A stretch of 64,000 nucleotides of DNA from Guillardia theta CCMP2712 (lineage: Eukaryota > Protista > Cryptophyta), in contig NW_005434670.1 in the NCBI RefSeq assembly GCF_000315625.1, positions 815,638-879,637 of the forward strand. Reading direction: 5' to 3'. Shown here piece after piece: positions 50,494 to 64,000 of the stretch; position 1 is the first letter of the stretch; every line of letters begins with the position of its first letter. The notes beneath the pieces are model-generated. The model did not search any database, was not told the origin of the DNA, and saw only the letters and a list, made by a program, of their open reading frames with translations. The position numbers and the translations under genes were made by a program.

Positions 50494-50806
50494 GTCGAGG
50501 TTTGACCTATCGGGACAACCCCCACCCTGTACCTAAAATCCCGGAAATCACTGGGGAGGGTCCAGGGGTGGGTGGGAAATTGTCTGAGCGGGGAAGTGGG
50601 TTAGTCGGGGAGCCAGGATCATGGTGGACAGATCACAGGCAATGGGGATGAGGAGGACGGAGAGGACGGAGAGGACAGAGAGGACGGAGAGGATAAGAGT
50701 GAGCCTGCGGAACAGTCTGACACAAAGTTATCATCTTCGTACTCATCGTCTCCTTTCCCTCCTCCCTCTAGGTTGATTTTTCTCCTTTCTCTGTCTCTCT
50801 GTCTCT

Positions 50807-50999
<193 letters not shown>

Positions 51000-51140
51000 T
51001 CACTCCCTCCCTCCCTCCCTCACTCACTCACTGCTGCCCTTCTCCGTTGCACGGTGGGAAGCGCGTGCTCTGTGGATGGCGGCAAAGTCATACTCTGAAG
51101 CTCTTTAGCAACTCGTCCTTGCTTAGAACGTCACTTCGAT

Positions 51141-54827
<3,687 letters not shown>

Positions 54828-55084
54828 CCCTGTCCGGGTCACTTTTCAGACATGAAAGTAAACTAAACAATTCGACTAGTCACCGTGACCGTCAGTCTGA
54901 GTCAGCCTCAGTCCGTGGCATCCGATAATCGGCGCCGGGCGGCATGCGGCCCCCCACGGACTCAGCCGGCCTGGCGGGCCGCCGCCCCCCCCCCCGCTGA
55001 CACTGGGATGGCATCGGAGGGGGATGCAGCTGGGGATGCAGCTGAGGATGCACTGCTGAGGGAGATGACTGAGGGAGGGCTGGT

Positions 55085-55158
55085 GGATGAGGGCTGGATG
55101 AGGGGCTGGATGAGGGGCTGGATGAGGGGCTGGATGAGGGGCTGGATGAGGGGCTGGG
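55085..55158 (+). repeat. 12-bp tandem repeat (GGATGAGGGGCT, 6 copies)
   Basis: Read directly from the sequence. Confidence 0.9.
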
Positions 55159-55287
55159 ATGACTCGGAGGGTGAGGGGGATGAAGAGAACGTCATGGACA
55201 TGGTGTACCCCTTACGGGGGTGGAGGTATAAAGATTCCTTCATGTACCGGGGTCAAATATTGAAAATAGGGGGGTGGGGGTACTTTT

Positions 55288-56177
55288 TTATTTTTGTAGG
55301 AGGGGGGTGGGTAGAGTCTGAAAGGTCGCCGCCATGTTCTTTATGAAGGTTGCAGCCACCGCGCCAAAGGCGAAGCCGTCGCAGAAGACGACGATGGTGA
55401 GAGATGCTGTAAAACGATGATGCAGATCTAAGCGTCTCTCGTTGATCTCTGTCATTCCTCTTCTCATCTTGTGTTTGTTTCTTCCGACACAAGAAATGTT
55501 GCCTTTGTTAACAGTGTAGTCCCGTTGAAGAGCTTGGTGGTTAGATATCTGTCTTGTACAACCTTGACCTTTTTTATCATGATATATTTGTTGATTTCCT
55601 CTGCTTTTGAGTATCGCAAACGGCTTCCAGTTTCTCTCTCTGTCTTGCAAAAATTTGCGTCTGCATCAAACTGTATCACACGTGGACAGTTCAATAATGA
55701 GCGACTTGGCATGTGTGATCTGATGATCTAACCAGTTTATTCCTCTTACGGGGTCCCAAGTGGATCATGCTAGTGTTTCCCCAGCTTTATAGGCTGATTT
55801 GATTGTTCTGATGCTCCCTGATTGCTTACTGTCTCCAAACCCGTTCGTTTTGTTTTGAGCTTAGTGTCAATATCGGAGCCTAGTACGGATTAACATGATG
55901 TGAAGATTCTTGTTCCAATTCGCTGTTTCTTTCCTCTATCAGTTGCGAAAGTATCTACTGCGTCTGCAACATAGTCTCTCCTCCTCCGGCTTTCTGTTCT
56001 CACTCCCCCAAGGCCTAATCCAGCTTTTGCACTTGCTGACGCTCTGCTCAGCTTGAAGGTTTCTCTGTTGGAGAGGAGGACTGCGGAATGTCGGGAGGAA
56101 ACTGCGGACAGCGTCTGTTCTCCACCAGGCCAACCAGGGTATGTTGATCGACCCGTTGACATATGACTCGCTGACAT
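55288..56177 (-). CDS. Possible hypothetical multi-exon protein
   Basis: Minus ORFs 55890-56177 and 55288-55650 with candidate short introns; no recognisable domain. Confidence 0.25.
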
Positions 56178-56414
56178 TTTCGCTTGGTGCCTTATGGTTC
56201 AGTACTAGAAATGTCAAGTTTGTGACAATCGTTTGGGTTCATTTAATATGCGCTAGCGCAGCAACGTTAGAGTAAAACTACATCACAAAGCAGCCACCGC
56301 CTGCATGTCATTTCATTTCCTCCCTTAGCTCTCTCACTCTCTGCCTCAGTCGTAGGTATGCTAACTTGCACAAGTTGCATCAGATTAGCTAAAGGACAAC
56401 GGCCTCACAGTCTC

Positions 56415-57845
56415 TCACTCATTAGCTCTCGGAGATGTCTGCTGCTGTTCAGCTCCATTTGCTTGATTCCCCGCTTGGTCCTCAGGCTGGCCTCCACTGT
56501 TGTCTTGAGAAATCCCTGGAGGATCCTGAACAGCTGGAGGCTGGGACTGCATCAATTGGTCTTGCTTGTAAAACTTGAATGTATGCGCAATTACCACAAA
56601 GACCGAGAGGTAAAGGATTTCCTGCAGAAGAATACCAATCCATGCCTGTTCCCATGTCAAAACTGCTACCTCCACAAACATTAGGGCTATGGGGAAGACG
56701 AGGATCGCAAGAAATGTCCAGCGAACGTTGTAGAAGATCAAGATCTTGCAATAAAGCTGCGTTGGAGTCAAGGGACGAGACAGTTCAAGAGTCCCAGCCC
56801 GCAACCGCTCGAGGTTGGCGTTCAGAGCTACTATGATACAGAAAGTGATGAGAAACTTGACGACATAGAAAGCAAGGAGGAAGCTCTGACAGTAATTCGG
56901 ATCGTTGCAGATTGAATGCATCAGACCGAAAACCCCGTACATTGAGAAGAACACCCAAAAGAGCTGCTTCTCTCGTTTTGTCAGCCGATCACGTGTTATG
57001 GTCCAACCTAGCGAGATGAGTAGCAGCAGAGCGAGAAAGACTGCATTCGTCATGATGTCACACATCCTTGTTGCATCAAGCAACGCAACGTCATCAATTC
57101 CTGTTGTAGACATTTTTCTGTAGTAAACCATCTCAAATATCACCTGGAAGAGTTTCATGCAGAGAGTGACAACGAAGATCGTGTGCAATCTCACTCCTTT
57201 GTAGACCGAAAATCTTTGCACAATGCACAAGAATGTCAACATTGCGTAGCAGATCAGGTCCAACAGATAAATCATCTCCAGTGGAGCGCGTTCAATGGAC
57301 AGGTGCTTTCCGTCCGGGTTCAGCAAAACTACATCCATGACAACATTGACAAGTTCAGTCTGCGCCTGCGAGCTGCAGGAGAAGAGGACGATGGTATACT
57401 CTGTCCTCTCTGTCAGTGGGAACGAGTAGAACTGCCGGCCTGTGTTGCGCTTGTAAGGATCTCCCCATACTTGGAACCGTTTGACCGAGGGCAAGCTACA
57501 AAGTTGGATGCACTGATGCGTATCGTCTGTTGAGCACGGAGAACCCTCATCAGAGCCTGACCCGTACGAGCTGAGGTCGTAGTCGATCCACTGTTTGGCA
57601 TTGAAGACAGCCAGGTACATATTTACATACTCGGAGGGCGGTTTCCGAGGCCTACCCACGCCGCCAATCTGAACGGAAATGGATGCATTGCCGTTCCGCT
57701 CTGTCCCATAGAACGGCGTGATCTTGGTCATTCTTGTCTTCGAGCTAATGGTGAGATTGAATGATCCCCTGTAGCCATGGACAATCCAAGGCATCGTGAC
57801 CACCCAGGCAAACAACCATGCAACAAACCCCTTGCTGGCTGGCAT
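56415..57845 (-). CDS. GOST-family seven-TM protein (GPR107/TMEM87/GPR180-like); single exon
   Basis: Signal peptide, lumenal domain ending LLNPDGKHLSIE..PL, then about seven TM helices including LLLISLGWTITRDRL. Confidence 0.85.
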   Translation of the reverse strand: MPASKGFVAWLFAWVVTMPWIVHGYRGSFNLTISSKTRMTKITPFYGTERNGNASISVQIGGVGRPRKPPSEYVNMYLAVFNAKQWIDYDLSSYGSGSDEGSPCSTDDTHQCIQLCSLPSVKRFQVWGDPYKRNTGRQFYSFPLTERTEYTIVLFSCSSQAQTELVNVVMDVVLLNPDGKHLSIERAPLEMIYLLDLICYAMLTFLCIVQRFSVYKGVRLHTIFVVTLCMKLFQVIFEMVYYRKMSTTGIDDVALLDATRMCDIMTNAVFLALLLLISLGWTITRDRLTKREKQLFWVFFSMYGVFGLMHSICNDPNYCQSFLLAFYVVKFLITFCIIVALNANLERLRAGTLELSRPLTPTQLYCKILIFYNVRWTFLAILVFPIALMFVEVAVLTWEQAWIGILLQEILYLSVFVVIAHTFKFYKQDQLMQSQPPAVQDPPGISQDNSGGQPEDQAGNQANGAEQQQTSPRANE

Positions 57846-58239
57846 CTTGAAAAATGGGTTGAAAAGCGTATCGGATTGAGTTTGAGCTAATCGAAAAACA
57901 ATCAAATAGGATGAATGTGTATACGTTTTCCTCACCGGATATCGTTGTTTGTTCTTTCAGCAGTTTTCTTCGCACAGCCGTCTTTGCATCAAAATACTTT
58001 GTCCCTGCTGTGTTCCAGCTCAAGCTTTCGCTGCTCTTCAAGGAGCTTGTTACTGCTTCACTCCAGCCTGCTCAGCTTCTGACAGTCTCTTCCTCCTGTC
58101 TTCACCCTGCGCGTCTACCCGAAGCGCATCGCCATCGCCATCCCCTGCTCTTTCCCCTTCCCCGCTCTCTCCCCCATGTTGTGAGCGCCGGGCCAGCCCT
58201 GACCGTTGTGGTAACAGTTACAAATGAAAAGAGCGTGTA

Positions 58240-58440
58240 GAGGGTGGTGGACTCGAGGGTCTGAAGTATTTGGGGGTGGGGGTACTTTTAGTGGGGTGGT
58301 AATTCGCCAATCCATCTTTTCACGGGTACTTTTCTCATGAAAACAATACCCAAATGTACCTACATCGACAAAGTACACCTGGGTAGGTGGCAAAATGATG
58401 AGGGTGGGGGTTAGGGGGGTAGGGCTAGTTCACCCCTGGT
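58240..58440. promoter_or_regulatory. G-rich GGGGTGG/GGGTAC motif cluster between divergent genes (putative promoter)
   Basis: GGGGGTGGGGGTACTTTT at 58272-58289 is identical to 55270-55287; similar clusters occur in other intergenic regions. Confidence 0.4.
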
Positions 58441-58673
58441 AGTGAACGGCTGGCGTCCCTTGACGAGCGGGGTCGCGATGGCAGGGCAGGGACGGAACAA
58501 GGGCGAAGTTGCGGCCATGGCGTGTGGATTATAAGCAGCAGACAGGAGGGACGATCAAGATGGTTCGTTGGGCCGAGCATCCCGAGGCATGAGCTTGTGA
58601 CAGGCTACTGAACCCCACGGTGCGTTGAAACGGGGGAAGGGATCGAGTAGTACATCAAGATCGTTAGACCATC

Positions 58674-61600
58674 ATGGCACGTCTTTTGACCAGGATAACG
58701 GTGCTCAGTCTTCTCTCCTCCGCAGTCCTAACAGCCAGATGCCCGGACGCGTCTCTCTCGCTCTCCACTTCGACGGGCGGCCATTTCATAGCAGGCTCCA
58801 TCGCCTGGAGGCACATGTACGGCAACACCGTCAGTTTCGAGATCACGTCAATGTGGAAGAGGAAGTTCCACTGGCCGTGTCCTGTCGCTACTGGCTTCTC
58901 AGGCGTCGATGGCTACCCTGCCATAGGAGACCTCGTGCACCTCTCGGGGGTCTCGCCCGTGGGAGCTGCAATGTTGGGGGCGAGGCAGACTGGGGCCGGG
59001 CCAGCGCATACGGCCTTTGAGACAGGTTTGATGCCGACTGCGATGAGTTCTTCACTGACCTGATATTGCAGGCGATGGGGCTTTGTATGAGTTGGTATTG
59101 AATGTGACAACCTTCTCGATCAAGGAGGATTGGTTCATGGCGATATCGCACGTAGAGCACACGTATTCCAGCCCGTACAAGGGACTGAAAGAGCTGTTCC
59201 CTGGTGCATACACGATCTCTACTGCTGACAAGTTCTCTTCCCAACCATACACGACGGTTCCATGGTCCGCTAGGCTCTCAGGCTGCTGCAGGAAGTGGTT
59301 TGTGGACCCGCCAGACCCCACGAGCAAAGTTCCTCTTGACTTCCAACTTCGAGCGGAGGTGGACATTAGCAACATGGTCTCCTCTGCGAGGATTGTCACC
59401 CTTCCAGTCTTCTCATTGCCGTTCGAGAGCTCCACGAGGCGCGTCAGCGTCTGCGCTCTTCCAGTGGCGGGCAGGGAGGCTCTGATCCAGCTTAACGGAG
59501 GTACCCTCCATTGGCCCGACGACGACATGTCAGCCGCGACCTTCTCTTGGCAGATCCGAAACTCGAGCCTGGTTGCCAACATTCTTATGGGAGCCAACGA
59601 TGCCTGCACTTTGATTGAGTTCCCCTACGTCGCCGGTGCGAACACTGTCAACGACTACATCTCGATTGGGCTGAAGTTGGGCAATGCCTACGTGGAGGGG
59701 GATTTCTCCATCAAGCTGAATGCACAAAACAATTTCACTTCTCTCACAGATGCCAGTAACACGTTCGCCTGTGACTTCCTCAAGCCCTGCAAGAAGCAGC
59801 TGAACCTTGGACGTTACTTGGCGTACTCCGACGTCAGGTGGTACATAGCGAGCAATGGGCCTTCAATGGAGCTTCGTTATGTGGCTGCAACAGGAGCGCA
59901 GTCTAGCCCTATGGTGGCGACCTCACAGAAGAATCTCATCTACGCAACGCAGCCGAGCGAGTTGGACTTTGCTTACATGCCCAACGGAGCGAAGCTTATC
60001 CCTATCAGTGAACTGGGACAGTATGTGACTGCGATCGATGTGATGTTCAGCGCCTCAAAGTTGAACACAGATCCCTTGGCTGATCTCCCGTTGTCCAACG
60101 CCAACAGGGACTTTGTGAATGTCGCGGCAATCCCCTCGTTCTCGTCTGCTGTTGCCAACAGCAACTTCAACCTGCAGTCAGGCGGCGCGTCGGTCACGAT
60201 CATTCTTGAGCGCTTGAACAGCAACGTGAACGGTTTCACCATGGATGGAGGCTACTCGCTGCTTGCTGCCGTCACCGACATAACCCTTGCGAACTCGTCG
60301 CAAGTCGACGTGGCGATTTCTCAAGGTTACACGCTAGTGGACCAGAACTTGTTGGAGCAGAGCAATAGAGGAGCTATCTACCTTCTGTTCAAGAGGGGGA
60401 GCGGGCCGCCGGTCCTCGACGTTGTCACCTCCCCGACTGCAGGCTACACCGCAGTCACCTCCTCGACGTACATGAATGGGAAGCTCATGGCAACTATCAC
60501 TATCTACGTGAGGTACAGCAGCGAGCAGGAACTCACACGCGTCTTCTCTTGGAAGCCGTGTACCTATCAGGACGAGCCGATCGTCCTGTGCGTGTCCTCG
60601 GCCTTCGCTGACTCCGGCTACAGCGGCCCGCAGAAGTGCTTGTACGTGGACGCGTTCCCGAGGAGCCCGCCCTCGGTTGTTCCCGCAGTGCAGGGAGTGT
60701 TCCAGGCAACGATGGGGCAGCTCGCGCAGATCAGGATCGACGTGTCTAGGTCGGACATTCCCAAGGCGACGATCAGCACGCCTCCCTCCATCCGCTTCTA
60801 CTGGAAGGACGGCGTTTCAAGCATGGATCGCGGACAGTCGGCGCTCCTCACGGCCTCAACCCCCATCCTCGCACAGATCGTGAGTGTTACCCTTGCTCGA
60901 CTCTTGCCTTGCGTGCTGACTTGTCCTCCTGAACAGGTGGGAGAGGATCTCGTGACCCCCGGCCTGACCTTCAAGGCATCGGCAGGAGACTCCAGCGCCG
61001 GGAACCAGTTCGTCGGCTACTTTCAGTGGATCCCCTCGCCCTACCATGGTGGGTGGTCAGGGATGGTGTGTTTCGACGTCTGCATCAGCACCGACGGCTG
61101 CCCTGTCGTTCCTGGACCCGATGAGATCTGCACGACCAGCTGCGTCTCCCTGGTGGTTCAGAAGTGCAAGTGGGCGGTGCAAATGGACGACACGTTTGTG
61201 GAGATCGCTCCTAGGTTCCAGACCAACTGGCTACAGGTACCGCTCCTCCGTCCCCTGAGCTCTTTCTCCTCGATGTTCTGTGGTCATCCCTGTTACTTCA
61301 GCAAGGCTTTCCTTCTCCCTCTCCCTCTCCTCCCCCTTCTTCTCCTTCGCCTTCTCCCACCCCTTGTTCCTCTTCCTTCACTTCGACAGCTCCTCTACAA
61401 CCCTCATCTTCCACTCCTCCCACCTGTCATCGTATGCCAACACATCGTATTCCTCCCATCTTCTTCGTCGTATCCCTTCCTCCACTGACGCTTCTTCGTA
61501 GCTGTGGTATCTGAACCCTATGTACGGCCATCCGGACCAAATGTCCATCAATGCTCTGCCCAGCTTGACCAACGCTGTCATCAATGTTGGGCAGGTCTAC

Positions 61601-62041
61601 AAGCCGCGCTGGGATGACACGGTGAGCGTTCAGCCTGCTGCCTCTCGCGCGTGTTGACTGGTGGGGAACAGCTGGAGTTCATTGCCAAGAGGTTCGGGAT
61701 CTCACACCAGAGGCTCTTGGACCTCAACGCGGACCTGACCAATATCTCGTCGACTGTTCTCTTGGATGGAGTTTACGACCAGGTGAATGAGTTTGTGATT
61801 GTGTTTCATTCCCTTCAGATGATCCTCTCGCTCTCGATTCCTTCTTTGTCCTAATGTGCCTGTTTTGATCCCTCTCGCCCCTTCCTCCACTCTCTCTGCT
61901 TCCTCACTCCTCCCTCACCCAGATCGTCCTTCCTCCTCTCCTGTTTCTCCCTCCTCTCTCTCTCGCTCCCTCCTCCCTCTCCTGACTTCCTAGCAGGCCA
62001 TCTGCATCATCCCAGACCCCTGCAATGCCATGCTGGGGTGA
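58674..62041 (+). CDS. Large secreted protein with a MABP-like segment and two C-terminal LysM domains; multi-exon
   Basis: Signal peptide; GHFIAGSIAW..SGCCR N-terminal module; VTDITL..QGYTLVDQNL..IYLLFKR (MABP-like). LysM repeats WAVQMDDTFVEIAPRFQTNWLQLWYLNP and YKPRWDDTLEFIAKRFGISHQRLLDLN; ends AICIIPDPCNAMLG*. Confidence 0.8.
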
Positions 62042-62047
62042 GGCCCC

Positions 62048-64000
62048 TCACCACATCTGGGGGGTGATGAAGAGCGAGGATTCTTCGCGCTTGACCCACT
62101 TGAGGATCTTGTTGCAGGCAGCGAGTGCTGTCGTCTTGGACTGACATGTTTGTAAATATCTCAAAGTTCACCCCAAAGTGCCTCACCATGAAGGGAGACA
62201 GAGCCACGTACAGCTCCACGTCCCTGCCTTGTTCTTCAGCGTGCGAAGTAGGAGGAAGAAAGGAAGAGGGGAGAAGGGAGGAGGAGAAGGGGGGAGGAGA
62301 AGGGAGGAGGAGAAGGGAGGAGGAGAAGGGGGGAGGAGAAGAGAGGAGGAGAAGGGGGGAGGAGAAGGGGGCAGAAGAAGAGAGCAGGATCACCGATCTA
62401 TCCAGGAGAGAATGGTCTGGTGCGAGTCCGTCGAGAGCGTCAGCTTGTTCTTCCTGTGCTCATGGTAGCATGAGGACATACAACGCACAGTGCAAGGAAG
62501 GAGAAAAAAGAGGAGGGAGAGGCGAGGGGGCGGAGGAGGGACGGGGCGGAGAGGAGCAGGAGCAGGAGCAGTGAGGAGAACAAGGGGAGGGGGAATTAGG
62601 AAGGAGGCAGAGATAAAGAAATATCAAGGAGAACGACACACAAGAGGAGGCATCAGGGATGGTAAGGGAAAGGGGGAGAAAAACTTGCCTGTCATGTCCA
62701 TGGACCCAGAACGCCAAGTTCTGATAGCCCCTGATGAGTCGCTGCGAGGTAAGTCAGGTCGTTCAGCTCGAGTGCTTGCTGGGTACCTGCTGGGACTGTC
62801 GGTCTCCGTGAACCTTGGAGAATGCGGGAGCAACGAACTGATTCCTGGAGGCGAAGATGAGGGAGCGAGGATCAGGAGGGGGGGGAGGATGAGGAGGACG
62901 ACGGGAGGGGAGGGAGGAGGAGCCGGTACATGGAGGTTGAGAAGTAGACGAAGTGAAACACGTTCCGAGAGACGTTGGTTGGGGCCTGCCAGGTCGCACG
63001 GTCATGAGGTGAGGAGAGGAGCGGCGATCCGGATGGAAGGAGACGGTGGAAGGGGGGGAGGGGGGGGACGAGTGAGGAACACGACGAGAGATGTAGGGAG
63101 GAAGGCAAGCAAGTAGTTGACAGATGTGAAGAGATGTGGAGTGAAGAACAGGGAGGATTAGATGGAGGAATGAACTGACTGAGTTATGGAGCAAGGGAAC
63201 AAGAAAGGGAGTAACTGAGGGAGTAAGGAAAGGAAGTGAGAAAGGGAGAGAGGGAGAGAGGGAGAGAGGGAGGAAGCAGGGAGCTCTTGAGCAAGGACGA
63301 GAGGAGGACCTGCTGTAATTCGCTCATGTTGAAAGGAGGCGACAATGCAGATTTCTGCAACTGAGCAAGAGAACCGTTGGCGTCAAGAATCTGGAAACAT
63401 CAAGTCAAACGCGCGGAAATGCAGTCTTGAATGTTCCGAATCGATCGAACCGACCAACAGGTAAAGAGGAATGGAGAGGGGGAGGGGGAAGGGGAGGGGG
63501 AGGGAGACGGGAAAGGAAAGGGAGTGGGAGCGCTAGTAGAAAAAAACAAGAGGGAGAGAAAGAGGATGAAGATAAGTTTACCTTGGCGACAGTCTCTTTG
63601 CTCTCCGACAGGCCGAAGAATTCGTTGTCACTCCCTACACTCAGTTATCCCCCCCACCTCACACCCTCGGCTGGGCCGCACCTGCGATCAGCACCAGACA
63701 AACATCAGGAGCGCTGTGCTTGTGGAGGAAGCAGATGTACGCGAACACGTTCGCCTGCCCCATCGCGTGAGGTCAACACGGGAAGGGACGCAGGCATGTC
63801 GCTTCGTTACATCCGGACTGTAGAGGGGGAGACAGAGAGGAGTCCAGGTCCCTTCAGACTGTTGCAGGCATTAGCAGCAACATTGAGGAGGAGGAGGGGC
63901 TGGGACTAGAACGAGGGAAAGAGGGAGGGGGGGGCGGGGGGAGGGGGAGGAGGGAGGTAGGTAGGTAGGGTAAGGGAGGGGAGGGAGGGGAGGGAGGGGA
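62048..64000 (-). CDS. MON1: Vacuolar fusion protein MON1, 3' part; 5' exons lie beyond the window
   Basis: Spliced TWTPLCLPLYSPD|ANVFAYICFL..CLVLIA..EFFGL, VFHFVYFS..NQFVAP..RLIRGYQNL, ELYVALSPFM|SKTTALAACNKILKWVKREESSLFITPQMW*. Confidence 0.85.

Overview
Eukaryotic nuclear DNA. It is gene-dense, with many very short (~35-70 nt) GT-AG introns and abundant (GAG)n/(CTC)n low-complexity tracts. This style suggests a cryptophyte-type alga (Guillardia/Hanusia-like); that assignment is inference, not a database match. I reconstructed about 20 mostly multi-exon genes by hand, so exon boundaries are approximate unless stated. Recognisable products are a Sfi1-like/PDZ protein, an IPT/TIG membrane protein, a Cys-rich ephrin-receptor-like protein, CobU fused to DUF4346, a GT4 glycosyltransferase, a PDZ protein, a WW+WDR70-like WD40 protein, an AIR9-like protein, an MDR oxidoreductase, a CASTOR/POLLUX-like channel, an ankyrin protein, a GT41 (OGT/SPY-like) protein, a GOST 7TM protein, a LysM protein and MON1. 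A 3.8-kb internally deleted Mutator-like element (TIRs plus 9-bp TSD) carries a Ulp1 SUMO-protease domain and a 41-bp tandem array. The top finding is a 15-exon gene encoding a bacterial-type cobinamide kinase/guanylyltransferase (CobU) fused in frame to a cyanobacterial-type DUF4346 domain. This suggests eukaryotic cobinamide salvage and a corrinoid-linked role for DUF4346. There are three N gaps.
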